A DNA stretch of 64,000 nucleotides from positions 1 to 64,000 of the IMG/VR virus record IMGVR_UViG_3300020202_000068, one strand, 5' to 3'. Position numbers and translations under genes: made by a program. This DNA is from a virus. Shown here piece after piece: positions 1 through 8,815 of this stretch. The notes below the pieces were generated by a model, which worked only from the letters and a program-made list of their open reading frames with translations, had not been told where the DNA came from and made no database searches. Numbering within the stretch: the stretch's first letter is position 1; each line of letters starts with the position of its first letter.

Positions 1-53
1 AGGATCAAAGATAAGGCCTACGGAAAAGCTACTTCCCGGGACCAGGAACGATC

Positions 54-335
54 GTGTTTGTTTTCCCGCACGGCCCGTACGTGGGCGTTGAGTTTGATGA
101 CGTGGGCCTGGACAATGCTGGCCATTCCATAAATGGCTTGGCTGCTGATGGTCATGGATGGAACCTCACCTACGAGGAACTCGACCTAGTCAAGGAGCCA
201 CCCGCTCCTTCCTCTCAAGAACTCGCCTGGTTCGATTACTGCGATCAACTCGAAGGCAAGCTCTCCCGGACTGAAGAAGAGGCGAAGAACCTCTTCCTGG
301 CGGGATGGGAAGCCGCGAAGGGAGGTGGGCCATGA
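54..335 (+). CDS. SH3/CAP-Gly-like small protein, paralog 1 (5' end uncertain)
   Basis: VGVEFD..GH...G.GW...EELDLV pattern shared with the next two ORFs; ATGA overlap with next gene. Confidence 0.6.
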   Translation: MFVFPHGPYVGVEFDDVGLDNAGHSINGLAADGHGWNLTYEELDLVKEPPAPSSQELAWFDYCDQLEGKLSRTEEEAKNLFLAGWEAAKGGGP

Positions 336-601
336 AATTCAACGTCGGCGACCGCGTCAGCACCTACAGCGGCAAGACAGGGACCGTGTGCCACATCCAC
401 CTGGATGGTGACGATGTATTTATCGGGGTCAAGATGGACAACCCGGGGTGGGGACTGCACGATTGCCAGAATAATTGCGAATGGGGCCTGGGGAGATATT
501 GGTGCAATGACCAGCTTGAGCTAATCACCCCCGCTATCGACCCTCAGGAGCTAGCCGAATGGGATGAAATCGACCAAGCGGCCGATGGGGGTGAGACATG
601 A
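332..601 (+). CDS. SH3/CAP-Gly-like small protein, paralog 2
   Basis: MKFNVGDRV...GTV...IGVKMDNPGWGLHDC...GRYW; SD GGAGG before ATG 332. Confidence 0.75.
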   Translation: MKFNVGDRVSTYSGKTGTVCHIHLDGDDVFIGVKMDNPGWGLHDCQNNCEWGLGRYWCNDQLELITPAIDPQELAEWDEIDQAADGGET

Positions 602-876
602 AGATTCCCATTGGGACCAGGGTGATCATCGCTCGATCCAGATGCGCCATGTATCAAGGATTGACTGGGAAATTTGTCGGCCCATCAAATGGGGGAGGAA
701 GCGCTGGAGTGGAACTGGACCTTCCGAGGGGCATCCATTCCTGTGGAGGACGTTGCAAGCGCGGTCATGGCAAGTATTTCCCCTGGGAGGAAATCGAGCC
801 GATCAATACGCCACCCATCCCCCCTGAGGAGCTTGCTGCCTGGGACGAGATAGATCAAGCAGGGGACGGCGCGTAA
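598..876 (+). CDS. SH3/CAP-Gly-like small protein, paralog 3
   Basis: IGTRV...GVELDLPRGIHSCGGRCKRGHGKYF; ATGA overlap. Confidence 0.75.
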   Translation: MKIPIGTRVIIARSRCAMYQGLTGKFVGPSNGGGSAGVELDLPRGIHSCGGRCKRGHGKYFPWEEIEPINTPPIPPEELAAWDEIDQAGDGA

Positions 877-1382
877 GGCGGGCTTCCCTCGTCATTAGGG
901 TGACTAATAGCCCCAATGCGATGCTCCTGCGTCTGTCTCTCGGATCGTCTAACCCCGATGCGGCTTACTGAGGGAGTTACGGTGCATGACTTGTGACCGG
1001 GACGTAGCCCGCATTGCTGGATCAACTACCAGCCCGTGGCCCGGGAACGCAATCGCTGGGTGATGGCGATCGCCGCTACAGCCTTTGGCCGCATAAGGCC
1101 CACCAGTCATCACGACGGTGGGTACTTCTATTCCGCGTTCTTTTGGTGATGCAGGAAGAACAACGCGGCAGCAAGAAACCTGCCCAAGAGAGTCTGTCGG
1201 CGCATAGAAAAGCCCAAGAGGGATTGCTCTCTCCTGGGCCTTCCATTTGCTTGGGTTGCTCAACACCCCAGCACGGACAGACGACGCATTGAATTGGTTG
1301 GCCACTTCCATGTGGCGAGCTTCCGTGCATGAGGACTGTGTTGAGCTGCTCCCACAATACCACATCCACGAGGAAATAGGCA

Positions 1383-1625
1383 ATGCTGCTCTACCGAACC
1401 GGGCCTGGCACCGACCAGTCCCAATGGAAGATCGTCCAGATCGCTGACAAAGACGAGGACAACTTCGTCTGCGAATGCGAGACGCCTGAATTGGCACAAC
1501 TGATCGTGTCCTGCGTGAACACGATCGACTACCTGGCACCATTCGACCCACGTCTGCTCTCCAAGGCCAACCTCATGAATGCCTGGAAGCGGGTCAGGTC
1601 GGCAAATAAAGGGGAAATCGTTTAA
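1383..1625 (+). CDS. hypothetical protein
   Basis: SD-like GAGGA upstream; coupled to next ORF. Confidence 0.65.
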   Translation: MLLYRTGPGTDQSQWKIVQIADKDEDNFVCECETPELAQLIVSCVNTIDYLAPFDPRLLSKANLMNAWKRVRSANKGEIV

Positions 1626-1840
1626 TGGCGATCAAGAATCGTCTGGGGCAGGAAGTGACTGGCTGGGAGGCTTTAGTCGTCACAGCTGAGCACCAGCGTG
1701 ACCTCTATGGTGAGGAGATTGTGGCCATCGCCAGATTATTCGGGATCACGGCCTGGGAATACAAGAACCTCAGCGGCCCGCAGGTACTCCATCTGGCGGA
1801 CTGTATCAAAGAAGCAATTAAGGAGTTACCCCAAGAATGA
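1625..1840 (+). CDS. hypothetical protein
   Basis: TAATG overlap, operon context. Confidence 0.65.
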   Translation: MAIKNRLGQEVTGWEALVVTAEHQRDLYGEEIVAIARLFGITAWEYKNLSGPQVLHLADCIKEAIKELPQE

Positions 1841-2130
1841 AGCTCAGTAGTCACGTCTCAGGTGATGGCCATGTGTTTTATTTGGCTATAGACGATCCAC
1901 GGCACATTGTGGTCGCATGGGTCGGCAAGGATCATGAATCGGAGGCGACGGAGATCGTTCGCCGCTTCAACGCTCATGAGGAGCTGGTAGAGACGCTGGA
2001 AATGCAGATCGCCAGGGTGGAAGGCCATTGGGACCATCCACTGCTCGTTAAATACGGTCCGCTAAGGACTGATCCGGCGACTGATATGGCCATCATGGCC
2101 AGGGCGATGCTGGCCAAACTCAAGGAGTAA
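1837..2130 (+). CDS. hypothetical protein
   Basis: ATGA overlap, SD AAGGAG. Confidence 0.65.
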   Translation: MKLSSHVSGDGHVFYLAIDDPRHIVVAWVGKDHESEATEIVRRFNAHEELVETLEMQIARVEGHWDHPLLVKYGPLRTDPATDMAIMARAMLAKLKE

Positions 2131-2207
2131 CCCATGGACTATCTCATCCTCATCAGCCTGTTCACGCTGGCCGTGATCGGGCATGAATTACCACGCTGGA
2201 GGGCCAC

Positions 2208-2405
2208 ATGACAAGCCTGGAGATTAGGAGCCAACCGGCTCCTGAGTTCGGGAACTTCCACGTCTGGGCCTATCGTGGCGAGCAGTGGAAGCATTTAGGT
2301 TCTTTTCTCGTCCGCAAGGAGGCGGAAGCATGTTTCAAAGAGCATTTACGGGAAATCGCCATCCAGGATGGCTCGGACTACTTGTTTGGTCAGCGACCAG
2401 CATAG
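2208..2405 (+). CDS. hypothetical protein
   Basis: SD GGAGG, operon context. Confidence 0.55.
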   Translation: MTSLEIRSQPAPEFGNFHVWAYRGEQWKHLGSFLVRKEAEACFKEHLREIAIQDGSDYLFGQRPA

Positions 2406-2505
2406 TCCTCTGGGCCGGCTGTGCCCGGGACAAAGTGACCGTCAAGGCTGAAATGAAGCCTTTTACGAACGATCTGACCTGCACCATTCAATACGAGGTG
2501 AGTCG

Positions 2506-2757
2506 ATGATCTATCTCGCGTGGCTGGGTGGCATCGCTGCCATCTGGCTCGTTGTGGCTGGGGTGATCGCCGGGACGTTCTTTAAGAACAGCAGCGAGGC
2601 TAAGCGATGGGACGCTGTCGCCATATTCCTCTGGCCATTCACGCTGTTCTTCCTCAGCACGTTTGGCCTGGGGATATTCATCGGCGACTCCATCCGCCGG
2701 AAATGGCCCTGGCTGGCCAACTCGGATGAGTGGGATCAACGAAAGGACAACCCGTGA
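2506..2757 (+). CDS. small membrane protein (2 TM)
   Basis: two hydrophobic stretches; SD GAGGTG. Confidence 0.7.
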   Translation: MIYLAWLGGIAAIWLVVAGVIAGTFFKNSSEAKRWDAVAIFLWPFTLFFLSTFGLGIFIGDSIRRKWPWLANSDEWDQRKDNP

Positions 2758-2924
2758 ACCGCTGGACCATTCGATTCGAAATCGACGGCATCAAGGAGAC
2801 CCGCATCTCTCCCTGGATGCCTGATGCCAATGCGGCTTTAGTTTGGCTATATCGCCAGAAGCCCTTAATCCTCAGATGCCTGGAGACCTTGGTCGTCAGG
2901 CCCTACCAAAAGGGGGATTCATGA
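2754..2924 (+). CDS. hypothetical protein
   Basis: GTGA overlap with SD AAGGA. Confidence 0.55.
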   Translation: MNRWTIRFEIDGIKETRISPWMPDANAALVWLYRQKPLILRCLETLVVRPYQKGDS

Positions 2925-3124
2925 TCACGTTCGAGGATGGGTATTTCGAGGTCTTAAAGGAGCATAGCTGCCTGGAGACGGGTGGGGAGTCGGTCGATGT
3001 CTCTGGGAATGGGGCTGATGTCGTGCGGGTGAATGATCGTGAGGTCGTCGTGACCATGCCAAATGGTGGTTACGTGCGTCTCTGGTCCACTCACCCGATT
3101 AAAGCGAAGTGCAAGCCTGAGTAA
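2921..3124 (+). CDS. hypothetical protein
   Basis: ATGA overlap, SD AGGGGG. Confidence 0.6.
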   Translation: MITFEDGYFEVLKEHSCLETGGESVDVSGNGADVVRVNDREVVVTMPNGGYVRLWSTHPIKAKCKPE

Positions 3125-3199
3125 CGTCCCGTAATCGGCCGCCCTAGTAATAGGGCTGCCATTTATCGGTCGTTCCTGTCACTAATCGAGGAGTCTTTT

Positions 3200-4510
3200 A
3201 TGGTCACGGCAATCGTGGGCCAGGGTCCGCCCTTGGCCAAATCCCTGCACCCTGGCAGGCTGGTGAAGCTGCTCCAAGCCAGCAAGACCCAGGTGGGCTA
3301 CAACCACCGCCCGCCCGTCAATCGCGTCCTGCGGGTCCACAGTAAATACAGCTGGAAGGAGCAGCCCTGCGTTTACCTCCAGGATGAGCTAACCGGTACC
3401 ACCTACGGCACCACCGAGCTGGACAGCGTGTTCGCGGCGGTCAGTCGGCGCGAGAAGGCCGAATACCGGGACGAACTCACGAAGCTCTACATCTCCGGGA
3501 AACGCTCCCTGGGGGGTAATGGCTGTGGGGGACGCGGGACCGACCCGGAGGTGTTCGTGGTGAACGGGGAGGGCGAGATCATCCCCGCCTACCTGTTCCT
3601 CCCGTCCAAGGCCGCGCCGCTCTATATGAAGGGGGCCCTGGGGGACGTGAAGGCCTTCTACGACGGCTTCCAGGCTGAGTTCACGGTCGGCGTGGCTGGC
3701 TGCCACGAGAACCTCTGTCACGATGTCCGGTTGGGATTGAAGTCGATCTACGAGGCGGCTAAGAAGCTCGACCCCACAGCCAAGCTGACACATCAATGCG
3801 TCCTGGACCTGCCTGAGCACGTTTGGGCCACCACCCCCGCTGAGCAGCGAGTCTTGGGCTGCGATCCCTCCTCGAATGTCTATTTCGAGGGACCGAATCC
3901 CCGCCTGGGAACCGCCGAGGAGCTGCCTTTCCGCTTTGCGGGCTGCCACCTGCATTATGCGATCGGCAGCGATCAGTCCCTGAAGGCTAAGCAGGGGATC
4001 GTGAAGCTCCTGGATGCGATCTCGGGGGTCTGCTCAGTCAGCCTCCTGCGGGGCCTGGAAGACCCGCGTCGCCGGGCCTTCTATGGCCTGGCGGGGGAAT
4101 ACCGGCTGCCGCAGCACGGGCTGGAATGGCGGACGCTGAGTTCCGCGATTCTGATCCACCCGGTCGTTTGGCATTTGGTCTGCGATCTGTCCCGGAAGGT
4201 CGTGGCGATTGCCTTGAGCGATCAGGCCTTTATCTGGGACTGCTCCGCTGATGAGGCTCAGCAGGTCATTAACGACCTGAACGTCCCGCTGGCCGAAGAG
4301 ATCATCCACCGCAACGAGAAAGCCTTACACGCGATCTTGCTCGGCACGTATGGAGCCCAGGAGGTCATCGAGAAGTCCACCCGGCTGATCCTGGAAGGGG
4401 CGGAGAACTGCCTGCCATCGCTGGATGTGGTCGCCAACTGGCACCTCAACGAGGCCCAGTGGCCCCGCCAACCGCAAATGAGAAACACCACACTCAAGGC
4501 GAAGCCATGA
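3200..4510 (+). CDS. phiEco32-like COOH-NH2 ligase type 2 (glutamine synthetase-like fold)
   Basis: GTDPEVF, DGFQAEF, GCDP, RFAGCHLH, RRAFYGLAGEYR, GLEWRTLS motifs. Confidence 0.88.
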   Translation: MVTAIVGQGPPLAKSLHPGRLVKLLQASKTQVGYNHRPPVNRVLRVHSKYSWKEQPCVYLQDELTGTTYGTTELDSVFAAVSRREKAEYRDELTKLYISGKRSLGGNGCGGRGTDPEVFVVNGEGEIIPAYLFLPSKAAPLYMKGALGDVKAFYDGFQAEFTVGVAGCHENLCHDVRLGLKSIYEAAKKLDPTAKLTHQCVLDLPEHVWATTPAEQRVLGCDPSSNVYFEGPNPRLGTAEELPFRFAGCHLHYAIGSDQSLKAKQGIVKLLDAISGVCSVSLLRGLEDPRRRAFYGLAGEYRLPQHGLEWRTLSSAILIHPVVWHLVCDLSRKVVAIALSDQAFIWDCSADEAQQVINDLNVPLAEEIIHRNEKALHAILLGTYGAQEVIEKSTRLILEGAENCLPSLDVVANWHLNEAQWPRQPQMRNTTLKAKP

Positions 4511-5037
4511 CGGGTTACCTGCAAAATATCCTTCTTCAACCGCACCACCAAAGGAGCAATGCCGTGTCTGTTACCGCATCTATCAACCCCCTGCCGGTGT
4601 ACGTCACCGATGCAGACGTGAACCGGGTAGCACCCAAGAAAGAGGAGGATTGGGTCGTTAATTTTGGCGACCCGAACGACAGCGTTGAAGAGTTTCCGTT
4701 CTGCTGTGCCATCGGCGTCATCGGGCACGCGATCGCCACTGAAGGTGACTACGACCGAGAGATTGAGAGCCTCACGCCGCAGCACGGAGAAGCCTTCTTG
4801 AAAGCCATGAAGGAGGAGGTGGCTGGACGTTCTCGGGAAGGTCTAATCCTCTACACCGTCACCGACAACCAAGTGGTGGAGCGGGCAGGCCTGGAGGCGG
4901 TTGGCTTTCAAATCATGGCCGTCTTCAAGAACCCTAAGACCGGCAATCGGATCACGCTTTACGGTCTTTTGGTGAACCAGCCGCGTAGCCGGCCGGTCCA
5001 CCCTAAGGCCGCGAAGAAGAAGCTGAAGCGTAAATAG
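4507..5037 (+). CDS. hypothetical protein
   Basis: ATGA overlap with ligase gene. Confidence 0.65.
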   Translation: MTGYLQNILLQPHHQRSNAVSVTASINPLPVYVTDADVNRVAPKKEEDWVVNFGDPNDSVEEFPFCCAIGVIGHAIATEGDYDREIESLTPQHGEAFLKAMKEEVAGRSREGLILYTVTDNQVVERAGLEAVGFQIMAVFKNPKTGNRITLYGLLVNQPRSRPVHPKAAKKKLKRK

Positions 5038-5084
5038 TCCAGCCCTAGCTTTCGACAAAATGTAAGCGCAGGCTGCTTCTCACG

Positions 5085-5121
5085 GGCTCCGCCGGCTAAT
5101 AAGCTGGCGGGGCCTTTTTTT
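5085..5121 (+). terminator. intrinsic terminator
   Basis: 13-bp GC-rich stem GGCTCCGCCGGCT/AGCTGGCGGGGCC followed by T7. Confidence 0.85.
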
Positions 5122-5189
5122 GTTGAGTGGACGGACCAATGTTTGGTTCCTGTCACGAAGTCCCATGTTTTTCTTAGGAGGTAGGTTTC

Positions 5190-5612
5190 ATGGCTGTGAA
5201 AGCGACTATTGGTGGCGGTGGTCAGGTCGGCACGCTCTCGTTCAACGAGATCATCGGCTACACGCCGGGTCAGGGCCGGGGGGACGCGAAGAAGAACTGC
5301 TACCAGAATGTCAACAATGGCAACATTCTGGTCGTGTTCGGCGTCAACGCCCAGCTCGTCGAGTACGAGCGCCGGCCCAGCGGCAAGCGGACCAACCGCA
5401 CCGGACTGACGCGGGCCGGTATGTTCGTGATCGAGAAGAAGACGGGCAAGCTCCGTCCGGTGACGGCCGACCGCAGCCCTGATGGCAAGAAGGTTTGGGT
5501 GCCGTACTCGGGCTCGATCACCATCGGGGGTAACCCCCACGTCATCCAGCCAGGCCAGAACGCCCAGGCGGCTGGCAGCGACGAGTACGACGACGAAGAC
5601 GGCGAGGCCTAG
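5190..5612 (+). CDS. hypothetical protein, acidic C-terminus
   Basis: SD AGGAGGT, strong GC3 codon bias. Confidence 0.75.
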   Translation: MAVKATIGGGGQVGTLSFNEIIGYTPGQGRGDAKKNCYQNVNNGNILVVFGVNAQLVEYERRPSGKRTNRTGLTRAGMFVIEKKTGKLRPVTADRSPDGKKVWVPYSGSITIGGNPHVIQPGQNAQAAGSDEYDDEDGEA

Positions 5613-5628
5613 GCAATCTGGGCTAACC

Positions 5629-5670
5629 CAAAAGCGACATGACTGTGTCGCTTTTGACGTAAGTCCTTAT
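5629..5670. repeat. palindrome plus TAAGTCCTTAT element, copy 1
   Basis: CAAAAGCGACA-N6-TGTCGCTTTTG-ACGTAAGTCCTTAT; recurs at 31033 and 39333. Confidence 0.85.
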
Positions 5671-5774
5671 CCGACGTGAGTCGCGGAGGTCCGTTCACCG
5701 GCCCTGGGCAGTAGCTTAGGGCCGAGACGCGGTTTTCCCTGTCACAAAACCTAGAGGAGGAAGGAGGGGATGCT

Positions 5775-7970
5775 ATGCCCCAAAACAAACGCTTAGCGGG
5801 GGTTCTAGATACCGAACTCACCACGAAGCAAGTCGCCGATTGGCTCACCGAGCTGATCGAGAGATTCTCGAAAGCCGCCCCCAAGGGCTCCGGCGAGCGA
5901 ACCGCCAAGGACATCGTCAGCCCGCTCAAGAAGCGGGTGGAGGAGTACCTGGCCCATCGCAAGCAAGGCGACCCACATCGCACCTCAACCCACACCGACC
6001 TCTGTGAAGGAGTGCGATTCGCCCTCAACAGCTTCCGCAACATCATCAATGTAAAGTCGGTAGAGGGGCTCAACATCGAGCCCTATCAGGCCGTCGCGGA
6101 TCGGCGCTGGGAGGAAGTCGTCAATGCCCGGATCGAAGGCAAGCACTGGACGTTCCCGTGCTGCCACTGTGGCCGAGGCGGGACGGAGCTAATTGCAGAG
6201 AAGTATTTCTGCGTCCGCTGTCGGGATGTCTATACGGCCGTTTGCCGGGGGTGCGACGAGCGGTCGGATAAAGCCGACATGCGAGTCGTGACCAATGAAG
6301 ACGCGGCGGAGCTGTATTACTGCGAGGAGTGCGTCAGTGGGCTCGATACTCATGAATGCACGGCCTGTCACGTCCCTTACTTGGGGCGCGAGAACCACGG
6401 CCATCGGCACTCCGCCGAACTCAAGGCCGCTGGCATCTCCGCGTGCCGGAACTGCGCGCCTGGCTACCGGAAGCTGCACTGCGGGCACTGGTGGCCCAAC
6501 GGCGGACATCGGCAGGCGGTTGTCGTCGATACCGAGGACGACAATCGCGTCCGTGAGACCGTCATCGAGCAGGGGCAGCATGTCTGCGACAACTGCCTCG
6601 ACCGGCGACATCGGGACGATGCTTTGCCTGAGTTCTGGCGGCAGAAGGTCCCCAAGGTCAACGGCAGCCTCTTCACGGAGGTTGGCTCGCTACGGACGTT
6701 CGGGGTCGAGCTGGAGTTCTGCGAGGTCTATCAGATGCCTCGCATGAGCGACGACATTAAGAACTACTGGACCGCCAAGGAAGATGCCTCCCTGCCACGG
6801 GGCGGGGTGGAAATGGCTTCCACGATCCTCCATGGGGATGAAGGATTGCAGCGGATTCGCGAGCTATGCGAGTACGCTCATGCCCCGGAAGGCAACCCCA
6901 AGAAGAAGTGGGCCGTGGATGCCAGGAGTGGCTTTCATCTGCATGTGGGTCTGGCGACGGACAGCCAGGAGCAGGTGGCCGCGATTGCGATGGGGTATTT
7001 GCAGACGTACGAGCTGTGGCGGCTGTTTGTCGCTCCCAGCCGGACGAATAGCTGCAAGTATTGCCGCCGCAACCGGATCACCCCCGCTCAGCTCGTCGGC
7101 TATCAGCCTCGGGAGTACATCCAGAAGCTGACGGCTCTCGACGACCGGCGGGTGTGGTGCAATTGGCACTCCTATCCGGCTCGGCAGACTGTCGAGCTGC
7201 GGGTCCATCAGGGCACGAAGGTGTATGAGAAGATCGCGAATTGGGTCAAAGCCCATACGCGGTTCTGCGACTGGTGCGCCAGCCTGAAGAACCCCAAGAA
7301 GGTCTATGAGCGGCTCAAGGATTACGAGACGAAGCCGCGTGAGCTGTTTCTGATCGTGGCCCAGGAGGCCTGGAAGGATCGGGAGCTGGGTATGTGGTTC
7401 CGTAAGCGGGCAGAGGCGCTGCACGAGAAGGGCAATCGCCTCCTGTCGCATCGCAAGCTGCGGCAGAAAGGGATTGACCCGAAGGCAGTGCCGACGTTCA
7501 CCAACGGGACGCTGACCTTCAAGGGGAGAAGGCTGTTCGTGGTGGAGTACGAGCGGACAATCTACGTGATTGACCGCGAAAACATCCACGACTCGGGTGG
7601 CGTTAGATTCCTCCATCCAACCAAGGACGATTGGATCGCAAGCCCCAGTCGCCGATTTCTTACCCGAGAGGACGCCGAGAGGTGGTGCATTGAGCACGCT
7701 GATCAGAACCAAGTCCCAGTCGAGACGCTCGCGGACGAGATCGCTCGTCGCATAGCCCGGGCGAGCGAGAACCGGCGGGCACGTCCAGCGAATCGGGTTG
7801 TCATGCCGGAGTTCGCTATCAGCTCCGGGCCATGGACTCCTGATCCGCTGCCAGCGACTGTCGAGGTAACTGACGAGATCACGGCTGGCGATCGTCAGCT
7901 ATTAGATGATCTGGATGATGAGGACGAGCCAGAGGAAGAAGAGGAGTCGGTTGCGGACGACATCTTCTAA
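5775..7970 (+). CDS. amidoligase (Amidoligase_2-like) with N-terminal Zn-ribbon repeats
   Basis: RTFGVELE, EDASL, EMAS, SGFHLHVG, TVELRVHQGT motifs; multiple CxxC pairs. Confidence 0.85.
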   Translation: MPQNKRLAGVLDTELTTKQVADWLTELIERFSKAAPKGSGERTAKDIVSPLKKRVEEYLAHRKQGDPHRTSTHTDLCEGVRFALNSFRNIINVKSVEGLNIEPYQAVADRRWEEVVNARIEGKHWTFPCCHCGRGGTELIAEKYFCVRCRDVYTAVCRGCDERSDKADMRVVTNEDAAELYYCEECVSGLDTHECTACHVPYLGRENHGHRHSAELKAAGISACRNCAPGYRKLHCGHWWPNGGHRQAVVVDTEDDNRVRETVIEQGQHVCDNCLDRRHRDDALPEFWRQKVPKVNGSLFTEVGSLRTFGVELEFCEVYQMPRMSDDIKNYWTAKEDASLPRGGVEMASTILHGDEGLQRIRELCEYAHAPEGNPKKKWAVDARSGFHLHVGLATDSQEQVAAIAMGYLQTYELWRLFVAPSRTNSCKYCRRNRITPAQLVGYQPREYIQKLTALDDRRVWCNWHSYPARQTVELRVHQGTKVYEKIANWVKAHTRFCDWCASLKNPKKVYERLKDYETKPRELFLIVAQEAWKDRELGMWFRKRAEALHEKGNRLLSHRKLRQKGIDPKAVPTFTNGTLTFKGRRLFVVEYERTIYVIDRENIHDSGGVRFLHPTKDDWIASPSRRFLTREDAERWCIEHADQNQVPVETLADEIARRIARASENRRARPANRVVMPEFAISSGPWTPDPLPATVEVTDEITAGDRQLLDDLDDEDEPEEEEESVADDIF

Positions 7971-8014
7971 GCGTTAACTAACTGTCACAAACTCTTGATA
8001 AATAAGGACTTATC

Positions 8015-8245
8015 ATGGATCAATCAGATGGATTCAGGGGCCTACTGGACCGCGTGTCGGTCCATGGTCCTGAGATGTGGGAGAACGACACTGGTCCTCC
8101 TGGCTGGCACGCAGTCTCGCACGACGACCTAAGTATCGTCGCCTACTTCTTGTTTGAGGCTGACGCTTACCGCTATCGTCTGGACCTGATAAATCGGCTC
8201 CTGAACGAATTGCCTCCAGAGTTTCTGGGGGCCGGAAGTCAGTAG
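8015..8245 (+). CDS. hypothetical protein
   Basis: SD TAAGGA; overlapped by the 3' tail of the antisense HNH ORF. Confidence 0.55.
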   Translation: MDQSDGFRGLLDRVSVHGPEMWENDTGPPGWHAVSHDDLSIVAYFLFEADAYRYRLDLINRLLNELPPEFLGAGSQ

Positions 8246-8762
8246 TGCCGTCGTTCTTTTTGGAGTTGCAGGAGTGACACAGGGGCTGCCTGTTCGAGAT
8301 GCTGTTGGTGCCGCCAAGCGACACGGGGATCACATGGTCAGCGACCAGTCGATCCTTGCTGCCGCAAGCCAGACACCGATAGCCATAAACCGACAGGAGC
8401 AGCTCCCAGTCCTCTTCTGTCCAGGTTCCTCCTGCGGCGCGGAGGCGATCAACATACTGCCTCTCGTAGGCGCGTATCTTGGCCCTGTTCTTCTTGCGGT
8501 ACTCGGCCATGTAGGCTCTGGCCTTGGCCTTACCATCCTCAGAGGTTCTGTTGGCAGACTTACGTGCCTTTACGTCTGGATTGGCGTGATGCTCAGCTTG
8601 CTTTGCTCGCACCTTGTCGCCATGGGTGGCTTTATATCGCGCCCACCGGGCGGACTGACAGGCTCGGCAGTGAGGCTGCAAGCCGTCTTTAGCTGAGTGA
8701 CATTTAGCGAAATCCTCGACGAGTTTTTCGTGTTTGCAGGAGCAGCATGTTTTAGTTTCCAT
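8034..8762 (-). CDS. HNH endonuclease with N-terminal Zn finger (homing-type)
   Basis: CxxC..K....F N-terminus; CLACG...DHVIP...GG.N...N...LCHSCN. Confidence 0.85.
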   Translation of the reverse strand: METKTCCSCKHEKLVEDFAKCHSAKDGLQPHCRACQSARWARYKATHGDKVRAKQAEHHANPDVKARKSANRTSEDGKAKARAYMAEYRKKNRAKIRAYERQYVDRLRAAGGTWTEEDWELLLSVYGYRCLACGSKDRLVADHVIPVSLGGTNSISNRQPLCHSCNSKKNDGTTDFRPPETLEAIRSGADLSGPDDSGKRQPQTRSRRRYLGRRARLRASQEDQCRSPTSQDHGPTRGPVGP

Positions 8763-8768
8763 GCAGCT

Positions 8769-8796
8769 ACTGTATCATTTGCGAACTTACTGTCAA
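8769..8796 (-). promoter_or_regulatory. sigma70-like promoter of the HNH gene (leaderless)
   Basis: TTGACA-16-TACAGT with extended TG; ATG 6 nt after the -10. Confidence 0.6.
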
Positions 8797-8815
8797 GAAT
8801 AAAGGAGACCACAAA

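Noticed and set aside
1-60. Programmed -1 frameshift joining RIKDKAYGK to SYFPGPGTIV of the first paralog
   Set aside because: Plausible at GGAAAAG, but it lies at the window edge and cannot be told from a sequencing error or pseudogene.
890-921. Pistol-ribozyme-like GTCA-TTAGGG-TGAC-TAATAG-CCCCAA
   Set aside because: P2/P3 and the cleavage strand are absent and the pseudoknot has a mismatch; more likely a simple hairpin.
982-1149. TGA readthrough or recoded ORF
   Set aside because: Single short case; TGA and TAG act as normal stops in many coupled genes, so there is no evidence for an alternative code.
8790-8796. CTGTCAA as another CTGTCAC element
   Set aside because: Better explained as the TTGACA -35 box of the antisense HNH promoter.
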